Shown here one piece after another: positions 24,278 to 38,486 of a stretch of 64,000 nt of DNA. The position numbers and the translations under genes were made by a program. Within the stretch, counting starts at the first letter, position 1; the number at the start of each line of letters is the position of its first letter. The stretch comes from Octopus vulgaris. Its lineage: Eukaryota. The notes beneath the pieces were generated by a model, which saw only the letters and a list, made by a program, of their open reading frames with translations, ran no database searches and was not told where the DNA came from. The stretch is taken from NCBI GenBank assembly GCA_951406725.2, contig OX597816.1, positions 83,204,001 to 83,268,000 on the forward strand, given 5' to 3'.

Positions 24278-24475
24278 CATGTGCTGAAAAGTTCCTGGAT
24301 TTAAGAGTTTCGCAAAAGGCCTCGCTGGAGGCCCTACATGTCGAGTTCTTTTACAGGACTTAGAAAAACTGAAGGGTGTAAGTCTGAGAGGGGAATATGT
24401 AGAATAAAATCATGATTAACTGACCCATATGTATTTTCTTTTGTTCATACGCAGGAATTTTTGCTGCACCCTCTC
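24278..24475 (+). mobile_element. Mariner-derived MITE relic
   Basis: GTGCTGAAAAGTTCCTG / CAGGAATTTTTGCTGCAC inverted ends; internal ..LRGEYVE* mariner C-terminus. Confidence 0.6.
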
Positions 24476-24606
24476 CTGTGTGTATGTGTGTGTGTGTGTA
24501 TATATACACACATATATATATGTATATGTATACATACATACATATATATGTGTTTGTGTATACATGCATACATGTGTGTGTGTGTGTGTATATGCTTGTA
24601 TGTAAG

Positions 24607-24664
<58 letters not shown>

Positions 24665-25362
24665 CATATTTAAAAACAACTCAGATTGTGGAAAATGTGG
24701 AAATATATTAATACTGCAAAATATTTTCTCCGGGCCTTTACCGATTCTGCCTGTCCAACATCCTCGACTTCAATGATATACTGATTTTTGAGACATACAG
24801 ATAGGAAGACGATACGAAAGAAGAACCGCACCTACCACACCAACGACATCGTGATCATCATCACCACCACCACCACCACCACCACCACCACCACTAACAC
24901 CACCACTACTGTCAGTACCACACCATCACCACTATCAGCTCATGCACACACACACTCACGCAGAGACGCGCACACACAAAAAAGACAATTCAAAGTAAGT
25001 ATATGAAAATATAACCAAAAACACAATATACCAACACAAATCAAATATAAAGAAACAACGTCATAAGACAACAGATTGTTTCTGTAAATTATTTACAGAA
25101 TCCTTGTGCTGCGATCATTTCCCGTCTTGTCATAGCTTGTGGTTGACATAGCGGTTTACTTTTAAATTGTTAAAGCTTTAAGCAACCACAAACAATAAAA
25201 GCTCCGTTAGAAAAGACAATAAACGTTTTGCTCGTTCATTTTTTTCTTCTTCTTCTTTTTCTCCCCTGTCAAAATAATATCACAAAGAGAAAAAAAAAAT
25301 GTTACTTTTATTATTTTTTTTTCTTGTGTCCCTATTATTAACGTATGTCGTTGTCATCGTCG

Positions 25363-25397
<35 letters not shown>

Positions 25398-25502
25398 GTC
25401 ACGGTCGTCAAGCTGTTGTCATATTCATATATTATACGCTATACCCATCTGTGTCTCTCTCCATATGTGTGTATTTGTTTGTGTGCATGCGTGTGTGTAT
25501 GT

Positions 25503-25547
<45 letters not shown>

Positions 25548-25644
25548 CCTCACACACACACACACACACTCGCACGCACTTGCACGCACGCATACACATA
25601 CACGTATTTACATATACATGCTGCCTTTATGTATGCATCTAAAG

Positions 25645-26800
25645 GAGACAAGCTGGCAGAATTGTTACCGCACGGGCATGCTTAACGGCATTTCATCCGG
25701 CTGTACCATTCTGAGTTCAAATGCCGCCGGGGTCGACTTTACCTTTCTTCTTTTCGCGGTCGATAAAATATGTACCAGTTAAAAAATGAGGTCGATTTAA
25801 TCGACTTACACTCATGCCCAAAATCACTGGTTTTGTGCCAAGATATATATATATATATATATATAAAAGTATATATATATAAATAATTTATTCTTAAACG
25901 CATGATAATGCTAATACAATAGTATGAACAAAATAAACTATTCATATATTGCAGAAAAAATCCTTCCTATTGTATTAGCATTATCATGCGTTTAAGAATA
26001 CATTATTTCTGTATCTTTCAATACATCTCAACGCTTCTAAAGCGTTCTGCCGATTTTGCAAATCATTTTAACTTTTATAATTTAGACTGAAGAAATCAGC
26101 GACCTGGCAGAATCGTTTGCACGCCGGGCAAAATGCTTAAGAGGCATTTCGTCCGATTTTACGCTTTGAGTTCAGATTCCGTCGGGGTTGATAAAATAAG
26201 TAGTAGTTGATTATTGGAGTCGATGTAATCGACTAAGCTCTCCACCGAAATTGCTGGCCTTGTGTCAAAATTAAAAACCATTATTTAGATCCAACAGGCG
26301 GCGAGATAGCAGGATCGTAAGTGAACCGGACGCAATGCTTAGCAGCATTTCTTCTGTCTTTATGTTCTGAGTACACATTCTACAGATTTCGACTTTACCT
26401 TTCATCTTTTGGAGTTCGATAAAATAAGTCCCAGTTGTATATCGTGGATGATGTAATCCACTTACTTCTCTTAAACTGCTAGTCTTGTGCTAAAATTTGA
26501 AAGCATTATTCAGACCGAAGTATTGAATAAACCTATACACCCCTTTATTCAATACCTTTGTAACCTTCATACCTCTCCTCTACTTAAATTTAAATAACGA
26601 TAATCAATGTAATACTTAATTCTCTTAGCGACATTTCTTCAGTTTCTTTACGTTTTGAGCTCAAACTCCGCCGAGGTCGACTTTGTCTTTCATCCATTTT
26701 GGGATCAATAAACTAAGTATTACTCATGTACTGAGCTCGATGTAATCGATCATCTACTTCCCCTAAACTTGCTGACCTTCTGTCAAAAACTGAAACCGTT
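25645..26800 (+). mobile_element. Four old SINE B copies
   Basis: At about 25645-25845, 26095-26285, 26295-26510 and 26625-26800. Confidence 0.75.
25881..26008. repeat. Fold-back with 34-bp perfect arms next to (TA)n
   Basis: TATTCTTAAACGCATGATAATGCTAATACAATAG / CTATTGTATTAGCATTATCATGCGTTTAAGAATA. Confidence 0.9.
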
Positions 26801-28139
26801 ACTTACACCGAATCATTGAATGACCTTATCCCAAATCCTTGTAGCATTCATGCATCTTCTTTACTCATATTTAAGTAACAATACTCAATGCAATCTATTT
26901 GATCCTTATTTTTTACTTATGTACATATACTTACTTTATAATGAAAATAATTTTCATGTAAACTTTAAACCTACAAATCGTATTGTGTATCAAAGAGGTA
27001 ATTGTCTTTGTTAGGGACAACAATAAACCCTTTTTCTTCCACCACACCAAATAAATACACACATATTCAAACAACCCTTCTCTGCCACACACAAACTAAT
27101 AAAGCATGAATGATATAAAATAAGAACAACACACAAGCGATATGAGGAGTCCTCAATGAACTTAAGGTCAAAAATTAAAGGCTTTCCAGTTGTTTTAGTA
27201 TTTTGTGTGTGCGTGTTTGGATTGTCTCCTCTAATGGTTTCTTTCCTATGTATTGTTTGTTGTCTTCTAACAGCGGAAACTGAGATTTATCATACAATCC
27301 TCCATCCCGTTTATTTCACTAAATTTGTTTACTGATATCTTCATACAAGTCAAAGGTGATTATTCGTGGTATGTCGTTTAACCAAACTAATGATATATCT
27401 GACCAGCTATTTATCAGTTCATACCCACTGAACAAAAACTAATACGCGTGTGTGTTTATGTATGTATATGCGTGTACGTGTTGTGTGTGTGTTTTGTGTG
27501 TGTGTGTTGTGTGTGTGTGTGTGTTTTGTGTGTATGTTTGTGTATGTATATGTGTGTGTATATGTATGTGTGTGTGTGTTGAGTGTGTGTGTGTTGTGCG
27601 TTGAGTGTGTTCGCGTTTGTGTGCGTATATGTGTATGTGTATACGTGTGCGTGTGTGTGCGTGTGTTTTGTGTGTGTGTGTGCGCTCGCGCGCGCACACA
27701 TATACCGATCACTTTTTTCTAATTGTATGAACGGCGGCAGTAGATTAAATTAATGAGACGTTTGAGCGGAAATGGTCTGGTGGTACGTTATCCGGAACGT
27801 GGAACAAATACCGCAGTCCGGAGGTTCGTGCCTGTGAACTGTTTTAGATTCCTGCTTAAAAACCATACCATTTTACTTCACTTACGCCACACTTCCTATT
27901 CCTCATATCTCTCAAACATTTTAGAACACAAGCAATACAATATTTTATTCTAAGGGTTATGACTATTATAAGACGGCGAGCTGCGAGCAAATGCTTAACG
28001 GCATTTCCTCTGATTTTATGCTTTGATTTTAAATGCTGTCAAAGTCGACTTTATCATTCGTCCTTTCGGAGTCATTGAAACGAGTACCGGTTGAGCACTG
28101 GAGTCGATGTAATTGACTCTCCTCTTGCCCTCAATATTG

Positions 28140-29015
28140 CATGCCTTCTGCCGAAGATAAGTTTAATTTGATCCACTTTGGAAAAGAGGATACTCTGAAA
28201 CTACCATATACCCTTCCCTCGGGAGACTCACTAGTGTCGTCCAGCAACACAAGAGACCTTGGAGTAATTGTTGATAACAATCTAAGCTGGGGTTCCCACG
28301 TAAACAGCAAAGTTGACTTGGCTCGCAAGATGTGCTCCAGGATTCTGAGAACTTTCCGGTCTAGGGATGCCTACAACATCATCCTTCTCTACTCTACTTT
28401 TGCCCGACCCCATGTTGAATACTGATGTCCTCCCCATACGAAGCAACTCATTATGAAAGCAGAAGCACTCCAGAGGTCAATAACAAGAAAGATAGACGGC
28501 ATAAAAGGCTTTGATTATTGGGGTCAACTTAAAAACTCAATCTCTACTCTCTCCATCGTAGCCGGGAGCGCTACATCATTTGTGTGACGTGGAAAATATT
28601 CCATCAATATTGCACAAATGAAGTTGGCATCAATTTTAAAATCCATCCAAAACTTGGCCGCTGTGCTATACGCCCACCGCAAGGATCGGACTCGGTACAC
28701 ATAGCAACATTACAACGTAACTACTTTACCTCAACCGGTCCAGCTCTCTTTAATATTACACCAAAATACATCAAAACAGAAACAGATCCCATAAAATTCT
28801 TAACTTCTCTGGACAAATTTCTCCAAAAAATGCCGAACCAACCTCCTACACCCGGATATGTCTCCAACAATAATAAATCTTTGCTAGGGTGGGCTATGGT
28901 GTCCCATATATGACTGAGGTGTGAATCGCGATTTAAAAGACTTTACCAGGTACTATTGAGTTAGATATGGCCTATACTGGCCGAAGCCTATCTCAGTTAT
29001 CTAAGTTATATCAGA
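28140..29015 (+). mobile_element. CR1/L2-group LINE family B, 3' portion
   Basis: RDLGVIVDNNLSW..RILRTFRSRD..ARPHVEY; WKIFHQYC..FTSTGPALFNITPK; TATCTCAGTTATCTAAGTTAT tail. Confidence 0.9.
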
Positions 29016-29374
29016 ATTTAATTCACACGAGCTACACTCAAGTCTCAACCAGAGATATCAAAGGATAAGTTTTTTCATCTAAAAATGCTGACAGGTGAGG
29101 AGTCATGCAATTGAAATTTATGTGAAAAACATCTCTTTATGTAATTTTATAACACAGGTTGCATTTATTTTAGAGAGGAATTTACATAAAACATGCAACG
29201 CAAGTCTGATAATTTGGGGCTTCCTGGAATTTGGACTACGTATTAGTTTGCTCCTTTTGATATCACTCCAAGTGTCTCTGTAACAATAAGTCGTATTATT
29301 GTTTTGAATGTAGAAATATACTTTTGTTATTTAGGGTTGCAACAGCAATCAAATGACAAATCTTTCCAACATGG

Positions 29375-29540
29375 TTTTTCATACATTATTTACATTATTT
29401 ACATTACTTACATTCCACGGATATTTGTCATCATCTTGTTTGTTGTTAATACATCGAGTCGGCTGATTTTCCCTCCAGCCCTCTTCGGGTGTCTTGGGGA
29501 ATTTTCGAACCTGGGTTCCCATACCTGAGGTAGTTTTCGA

Positions 29541-29598
<58 letters not shown>

Positions 29599-30160
29599 GA
29601 GTGAGAGAGCAGTGCATGCCATCAAAGTGACACTGGTGTCAGATATACGAAGCCCAGTATACCCATCATGACTACCCGTCTGATAAGGGTACACTAAGCA
29701 CATGCATCACAACCATATGTGCGCGACATGGTGATCTCATATCAAGATAAACAGCACATGACCTTGCAGGTTGGGCCCAGTTAGAATTTTCTTCTGGTCG
29801 AGTAGCCCATCCCGCTCAAAAGGTCCCTGAATAAGGATTGTTTAAGGATGTTAAACGAAACACCCATGTTTCCAGAGGTGAATTATTCAAATCCCAAAGA
29901 ATCCCTCTCAGCACACGGATATGATGCTCCCCTACTACATCTGCTCGTGATCAGAGATGCACATATCGTCAGCCACTAAGGGACATGCTCTACTGGTTAA
30001 GGTCAAACAATTGACAAGCAAATCTGTGGTATTGAGCAGAATATTTGCTGTAGCCCTATAATTATTATTGTTGTTGTTGTTGTTCAGGTCACTGCTTGGA
30101 ATCGAACTCAGAATTTTGGAATTATTAGCCTGCGCTCTTAACCACTACGCCATATACCCA
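29375..30160 (-). mobile_element. tRNA-headed SINE with (AAT)n linker and HHR-like 3' module, interrupted by the 550-bp element
   Basis: Minus head GGGTATATGGCGTAGTGGTTAAGAGCGC..GAGTTCGATTCCAAGCAGTGACCTG (A and B boxes) at about 30085-30160; HHR relic at 29448-29493; (GTAAATAAT)n-like tail at about 29375-29412. Confidence 0.6.
29599..30056 (-). mobile_element. ~550-bp (AAT)n element, copy 3, truncated at one end
   Basis: Lacks about 100 bp present at the GGGCAT end of copies 1 and 2. Confidence 0.85.
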
Positions 30161-30399
30161 CTACGCCATATAAAATGCTCACGTGATAACTGTAAACCAG
30201 CTTTTGGGCCACCCTGTATATACATGTATTTGTGTATCTGTGTGTGCGTATGTGTGTAAAACTAAATATGTGAGTTTTATGGATGTATGTATCTTTGTCT
30301 CTGCACACACTTTCACTGACTGTACAAGAGTATAAATGAATGTATGTGTATATGTTTGTGTGCGTGCCGGTATATGAAATGGACCTTAGACATAGGTAT

Positions 30400-31296
30400 A
30401 TTCTTCTACTTGTTTCAGTCATTTCACTGCGGCCATGCTAGAGCACCGCTTGAAGGAGTTTTTAGTCGAACAAATCGACCCTAAGGCTTATTTCTTCAGC
30501 CTAGTACTTACTTTATTGGTCTCTTTTGAAGACCTGCTAGGTTACAGGGACGTAAACATACCAACACCGGTTCTCAAGCGGTGATGGGTGGGGTACATAT
30601 GCAGACAATGACACGCACACACGCACGCACACACAGACACACAGACACACACGCATGCATACACACATACTCATACACACACACACACACGCGCACACAC
30701 ACAAATACACACACACATAGGACGGCCTTCTTTCAGTTTCTGTCTACCAAATCTACTCACAAGGCTTTGGCCAACTCAAGGCTATAGTAGGAGATATTTG
30801 CCCAAGGTACCACGTAGTGGGACTGAACCCTGAATCATGTGGTTGGCAAGCAACCTTAGTACACAACCAAGCCTGCACTTATATATATATATTCTTCTAT
30901 TTCTTACTTTATTCAGTTATTTGAATGCGACCATGCTGGAGCCTTTAGTTAAACCAGTCGATCCCAGGTCTTATTCTTTGTAAGCCTAGTACTTATTCTA
31001 TCAGTCTCTTTTGGTGAACTGCTAAGTTATGAGGACGTAAAAACACCAACATCGGTTGTCAAGCCATGGTGGAGGGTGGGGACAAACACAGACACGCAAA
31101 TAATACATACATACACACACGCACACACACACACACATATACGACGGGCTTCTTTTAGTTTTCGTCTACCAGATCCACTCACAACGCTTTGGTCAGCTCA
31201 AGGCTATAGTAGAAGACAAGGTACCACGCAGTGGGACTGAACCTGGAATCATGTGGTCTGGAAACAAGCTTCTTACCACACAACCACGTCTGCACC
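30400..31296 (-). mobile_element. Two tandem SINE family A copies
   Basis: At about 30400-30880 and 30900-31296, each with an internal (CA)n. Confidence 0.88.
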
Positions 31297-32218
31297 TATA
31301 TATATATGTGTGTGTGTGTGAGTGTGTGTGCGTGTGCGTATGTGTGTGTGCGCGCGTGTGTGTGTGATATGCATGTAAGTTTGTATATGGATATGTGTAT
31401 GCATGTGCGTACATGTGTGTTCAGACAAGCGTGTCTCTCACGTAATTACAAATCTATCGCATAAATGAATATAACTGCACACGCATATGTCTATGCGTGT
31501 ATGTATGCATGTATGCATATATGTATATATGTACATATGTATATACACATAAACACAGGCACACATATACGTGTGTGTGTGTGTACGTGTGCGAGTGCGT
31601 TGTGTCTCTGCACCCGTGTGTATGTTTGTGAATATTATTTAACGACGTGCAATGAAAATATTGAATTTTGGGTGCGTTGTTTAAAGAAGAGCGGACAAAC
31701 ATAGAGACTGACAGACTGAGGGACATACGGACGGACATACAGACAGAAAGGCGAACAAACTGACAAAGCTTTTAACATGGCCAAGCTCTATCCTTTTTGC
31801 TAATGATGTTTGAAGAAAGGGACAGAGAGGAGCAATATGGTTTAATACTCGCCCCAGGTTCGTTACACAGACTTCGCATATACACACAAACACACATGCA
31901 CACATACAGAATTTTACACAAACCCTAATATACACCGCATATACACATCCAGCTCAATTGGAAGTGGACAGATGACACTCGATAATATATCAATAGCCGA
32001 AGAACAAAAGCAACATTGAAAACGGTGTGTTTATATGTGTGTGTATATATATGTATGTATATACATACGCACACACACGCACGCACACACATACACATAT
32101 CTCTCTCGCTATACATTTGTATGCATATATGTATGTATGTATGTATGTCTTGTGAAAAGGGAAACGCTACGTTTGAAGATAAATGTTCTTGGTAGGAACA
32201 TGTGCACACCTGCACGCT

Positions 32219-32269
<51 letters not shown>

Positions 32270-32683
32270 ATGTATATGTATATATATATACATATATGTA
32301 TATAAGTAGATATGTATATATATATGTATATATGTATATAACATACAAATATATTTACATATACCTGCATATATATATGTGTGTACTTTATATGCATATG
32401 AATAGGTTCGTGTGTATATGTCTCGATGCATGCGCGTGTGTGTACAATCGTGCATGTTAAGTTCTGTTGATTTGTACTGAGTGACCTTCGGTTAAGTGTC
32501 AAGTAGTACATTTTAATAGTTTGACACAGAAATTAATTATTAGGAACTATTATAAATCTCCGTAGACGCTATCTCCGTAATTCTCTTGCACAATGTGTAC
32601 CTTGCACGGCACATGTGTGTCTAATATATACACACTGTATACATACTTACACAATAATATATACAGTGATATATATATATATT

Positions 32684-32730
<47 letters not shown>

Positions 32731-32801
32731 GTATATATATGTTTCTATTTGTATACGCACACACATATATACCTACATGTCTACTTATTTCACACTATGT
32801 G

Positions 32802-32835
<34 letters not shown>

Positions 32836-32898
32836 TGTGTGTGTCTATATATATTTATATAATATTAATACACACACCACACACATATATATATAAAT

Positions 32899-32944
<46 letters not shown>

Positions 32945-33059
32945 GTATATATGTATGTACGTATATATACATATATCACCGTTGCCACCATTTCACTTCT
33001 GCTGCGTCATGCTGGTATGGTTTGATTACACAAATGTACGCATGCACACACACGCACCA

Positions 33060-33102
<43 letters not shown>

Positions 33103-33126
33103 CATACACACATCATACACACACAC

Positions 33127-33181
<55 letters not shown>

Positions 33182-33519
33182 AAATTTATATGCATGTATG
33201 TGTGTGTGATTGTGTATGTATATGTATTTCAATATTCTGAAATATACCCACACACTTTCTCCTTGTCATACGCTTACACGCACAGTGCACAGATATCACT
33301 ATTATCTACACCCCATGGTGGGATACGCTCATACATCACTGACAAATACAATTACTTACTTACTCCTATAAAGAATGTCCAGATTGGGTTTTAATTATAG
33401 CGACATTTCATATTGAGGAGGCGTATCATGCGCACCATAGGGAAGTCACGATGAGGCTGTATATGCGTATTTTTGTGTGTACATGTGAGTGTGTGTGTGT
33501 ATACACATACATATATACA

Positions 33520-33568
<49 letters not shown>

Positions 33569-34099
33569 GTCTGTGTTAGTATATAGGCATACATATATTT
33601 ATAATCGTATATGTTATACGTAGAAATATATGTGTCTGTATGTGTGTATATGTAATATGGTTACATGTATATATATGTATGTATTATCAACCTATAAATC
33701 GCTACAACTTAATATATATGAGGTTTCCAAGAGTAGTTGAGCGCACACGAGTGCGTGTGATTTTGTGTGAGTGCGTGTGCATGTATGTGTGAGTGTATTT
33801 GTGTGTATGTTAATACATATAGAAATGGGTCTATAATAATATACTTGATAGTTTGTGTAAACTAATACGTGAAGTGAGGTAGGAAATTTCATATGCGTGT
33901 TTCAGATGTCACTGTTGATCATATGATGTACGGAGGAGATGTGTATGGACAAGTATTCGTGTATGTATGTATGTACTAGTGTGTGTGTGTGTGGGGGGGA
34001 CTGTGCGTCTGATTTCTGATAACTAGCCATGCAAAGAGAAACATGTATACAATTATATTCATGTAGATAAATAGGTTATGTACTCAAAAGCACAATCGT

Positions 34100-34137
<38 letters not shown>

Positions 34138-34191
34138 TGCGTGTGTGTGTGTGTATACATGTATAGACACATACGTGTATATATCTATGTA

Positions 34192-34262
<71 letters not shown>

Positions 34263-34473
34263 TCCCATAAAAATCGGTTTTACAGTATGGCTTTATCAGT
34301 GAGGTCAAAAGCGAAGCAAAGATCTGAAAAACCAGGAGGTATGGCGACTCACGTGCACGCGTACACGCACCCACATGCCTACACACGTACACACAGAGAC
34401 ATAGACATACACACACACACAATCTTTGACACACAAACGCACATTTGTAATAAGGTGATTAATTACAACTTTG

Positions 34474-35598
34474 CTACTCGGAGTTTCTCATTACATGCGT
34501 TCGTTCAGGCGAGTATGAAATGAATTGTAAGAAGAATTATGTTACGGGCCGCTGTTTAAATCAATTCTCATTGGTGGAGATCACCAAGTAGTTGTTTAGC
34601 CTGCTGATTTGTGGATTATGTTACTATACTGAGTTTAATATAGATGATGTTGGGAAAGGAACGTCAATGTGCCGTATTAATGGCTAGGCAGCTATTCTTC
34701 GGACGAATGGAAATTGTTCTGAAAGAACTGTTTCGGGTGACAAAGAATAGAAAGTACATTAACTCTGCTGTTCTCCAATATTTCTGACTGTTTCCTACAC
34801 TTTTGTACTCCATTATAATATCAGGCATTTTTGTACATCATTAATGTGAGTATGAATAGATATTAGGATAATAAAAGTTCCCAGTTCTTACGACATAGTC
34901 TGAGGTAAACAACAATATGCAATTCAATAAATTCGTAAATTTAAACACCCTTCAATTTCTCAGTGCATAGGATTGTGCTTCTCAAATGTAATATACAAAG
35001 CAATATCTAGCGCCTTTTGACAGTTTTGACAGGCGTATGCAGAACTTACCACTAACACCTTTAAGAACCGATAACAGCCTTTACACACATTCAACCGAGG
35101 GACAGGGGAAAATATTAAAAACACAGAAAGTGCATATCTGAACGTGCTGCAAAAATCTAACGTGCTAAGTCATGTAAAAACGGAGCTTTAAAGTGTAAGC
35201 TATTCATAACTAGATCCAGAAGCAAACAACACCGTCATTGAAAAGGGTAATCGAAATACTTTCCATTTACTACTAATAGAGATTTTTCTTTCTAGGTAAC
35301 ATCCACACATCCAAATTACTCAAATCCAAATTACCCCATACTTATCAGAGCTAATACACTGCAAACTCTGTGATGTACCAACCACAAATACTCGTACGTA
35401 AAATCTGTGAGCTTTTCTCTATAGTGCAACTAATTTCAGTGATTGTAAAATGATCAACAATCCTGAAAATCAAACAAACATCAGACTGATAACAACCAAT
35501 GAGAATCGACTTGAACGGTGTTCCGTCCGCTCGTCGCTTCTGCACGCTTCATTTCATTGTTGTTTGAACGAGCACATGTGATGCCAGACTCCGAGTAG
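34474..35598. mobile_element. Old non-autonomous DNA transposon with ~100-bp diverged TIRs
   Basis: CTACTCGGAGT..CATTACATGCGTTCGTTCA..ATGAAATGAA..ATTCTCATTGGT (34474-34575) matches the reverse complement of 35495-35598. Confidence 0.65.
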
Positions 35599-36109
35599 TA
35601 TCGAAGTGGATGATATCAACTGATTTCTAATAAACTGTAGATCATATAGTGAATAATGCTTATCTCCTTTGTAAACAAATACATACATACATACATACAT
35701 ACATACATACATACATACATACATACATACATACATACATGCATGCATACATATATGTGTGTGTGTGTGTGAGTGTAAGTGTGTATTGTTGAAGGATCGC
35801 CAAGTTATTCTCCAGTTTTCTCCAGTAAAACTGGATGACCAGTATCTGCTCTCCTCAAATGTTTTAACTTTCTATTTCTGTGTCAGGATCACAATGTATT
35901 CCCCTTAAGTACCATCAGCATGATTTCCATCTAATGAGACATCTCGTTAAACTGTATGGGCTCAAGTGTGGCTAGGTCGTTGAGAAGTTCTCACAGCATG
36001 GATTCTTGTTCAGCCAATAAGCTGATAATGGAACTTAGGCAGAAACTACCAAATTTTACACAAAGCTTTTTTTTTTAACTTTAGTAATCAAATGGTCACG
36101 GAACACATA

Positions 36110-36440
36110 AAACCGATCGGCCTGGTTCTCTATCTGTTACGACGACCAGTGTTCTAGTTGATTCGATCAATAGGACAGCTTCCTTATGAAATCAACGTGC
36201 AAATGGCTGAGCAGCCCACGGACACGCATACCTTTAACATAGTTTTAAGGGAGATTCAGTGTGACACTGAATGCGATAAGACTGTCCCTTTTGAATTACG
36301 GGTACAACCCATTTTTGCCAGTTGAGCGGACAGCAACCACGTGAAATAAAGTGTTTTACTCAAGGAGACGTCGCACCACTTGGAATCGAACTCAGGATTA
36401 TGCGACCGTAGGCCGAAGACCCTAACCACTAAGCCACTCT
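36110..36440 (-). mobile_element. SINE family C
   Basis: CCCTAACCACTAAGCCAC and GGAATCGAACTC (A and B boxes, reversed). Confidence 0.8.
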
Positions 36441-37159
36441 CATTCACACTACATAAGTCTGGTAACAAATCTAAAGTATTAGATATCATTTCATTTTATC
36501 ATCGATATCTAAATGAGTTTTGCTAAAAGCTTTAGTAAGCAGGGATACTAATAGTTCTATCATTTATGTAAAGAAAGCGTAGGGAAAGCCACTTTATTAT
36601 TGAAGACTTTTGCTGGGTTTAAACACACACACACACACACACACAAACGCGTGTACGCCGCGCTTTACGCACTAGTTGTTTCCTCTCTCTTTTGATCAAA
36701 CAATTAACTCTATACGCGCACCTTTAACTTGCTAAAAATAGCAACGAAATTCACTCACATCATATCGTATCACCGAAAAGAAAATTTTCGTTAGAAAATA
36801 TAATCTGCAATGCAGCATTCTAGAAGAAAGTAAGATGAGTGGGCTACGGCTAGAATGCATTTGATCATAGGATAAGTTAGAATCGACTTGAAGTAAAACA
36901 GCAGGACTCACGAAACATGGCTGCTCACTCTGATAAAAAAATAAAACAATGATATTTTTCTGAGACAACGGTCAGTTGTGTAAAAGAGGAAATATATATT
37001 GAATAAGGTAGAGTTGGGAGGGGCGGAAATAAGATGAGGTACTCACGACTGCAACGCCTTTCAGTATAGGTCTGCTAAATGAGAGCCGACTTGGTGTCAA
37101 GTAAAACAGACAACACGCATACAGGACCACACAAAAGCTTTCACTGTCTCTCTCCTTCG

Positions 37160-37200
<41 letters not shown>

Positions 37201-37899
37201 ATATAGTAGTCTCAGATTACAAGTTTGATGAAACACTGAAAGGATCGACTCTCTCTCTAATCCACTAATTTGTAATTATCTGTTACTCTGTTCCACCAAA
37301 ACCACGCCTCCAGGCTAATCAGGCGTGTTTGATTCATAGAGTTCCGCTGTGCTGGTTCTCCTTCTGCGGCTCCCGTATGAGCTCAATTTCCTCCAAAGTG
37401 ATTAATCGTTTAGCTTAATAAGCAAAAAAAAAAAACATTTAAGAAAATGAAAAATACAAAAATATAAATCACATACATAAACAAATAATTTACTAAATAA
37501 AAATTATGTTTACCTAATTTTGTTTCTCATTTATTATTTTAATTTTAAAGGTGAACTGGTTAAGTGATTTGGACCTAAAACTTATCGCTCATATCTTCCC
37601 ATCCCCATAGGGGTTTCGTTCTGAAGCACATGTAAAACTCTCATTCCGTTAGTACATTTGTTTTCATCTTGATACTTGAAATGTTGATATATCTTTCATT
37701 GGAAAGCAACCTGTGATAGCTTGGCTGGCTTCCAGGTCCATGCAGTAATGATGTTAGCTATCGGCATGTATATCTAAATGTGTGTGTACATGTATATACA
37801 TCCATCTATCTATCTGAGGACCTAGGCCATTATTTATGAAGCCACTGTAAATTCTACGGACGCTAATAACACAATTTCATCCAAGATTTATGTAGATCT

Positions 37900-38075
37900 C
37901 ACAGAGGGAAATCTTATAGCAATGTTCAACAATCACACCTTAAAGACGCTTACATCCACACCATGCAGGTCTCTCAGGCATTTTGGAAGGATATTGAAGA
38001 ACTGTGGGCCTTTGAAACCCAAGCTGTTGCAGTATCTGATCTTATATTTTGATGACGATGGTGGGATATTTGGCA
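37900..38075 (-). mobile_element. LINE family A 3' fragment
   Basis: IRYCNSLGFKGPQFFNILPKCLRDLHGVDVSVFK. Confidence 0.8.
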
Positions 38076-38085
38076 CTACACACAC

Positions 38086-38171
<86 letters not shown>

Positions 38172-38189
38172 ACACACACATATATATAT

Positions 38190-38356
38190 AGGCGCAGGAA
38201 TGGCCGTGTATTAAGTAGCTTGTTTACCAACTACATGGCTCCGGGTTCAGTCCTAGTGCATGGCACCTTGGATAAGTGTCTTCTACTATAGCCTCAGCCC
38301 GACCAAAGCTTTGTGAGTGGATTTGGTAGACGGAAACTGAAAGAAGACCGTCGTAT
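38190..38356 (+). mobile_element. SINE family A, 5' half
   Basis: GGCGCAGGAATGGCCGTGT..GGGTTCAGTCC. Confidence 0.85.
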
Positions 38357-38447
38357 ATATATATATGTGTGTGCGTGTGTGTGTGCGTGTGTGCGTGCGT
38401 GTGTGTGTGGTGTGTGTGTGTGTGTATATATCTATATCCATATATCA

Positions 38448-38484
<37 letters not shown>

Positions 38485-38486
38485 TA

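Noticed and set aside
30085-30160. tRNA gene, here and at the similar heads at 42803, 43697 and 36380
   Set aside because: A and B boxes are present but there is no proper acceptor stem, and each runs into a SINE body.
34262-34310. Minus-strand CTGATAAAGCCATACTGTAAAACCGAT as a hammerhead
   Set aside because: Too many core and stem mismatches to call.
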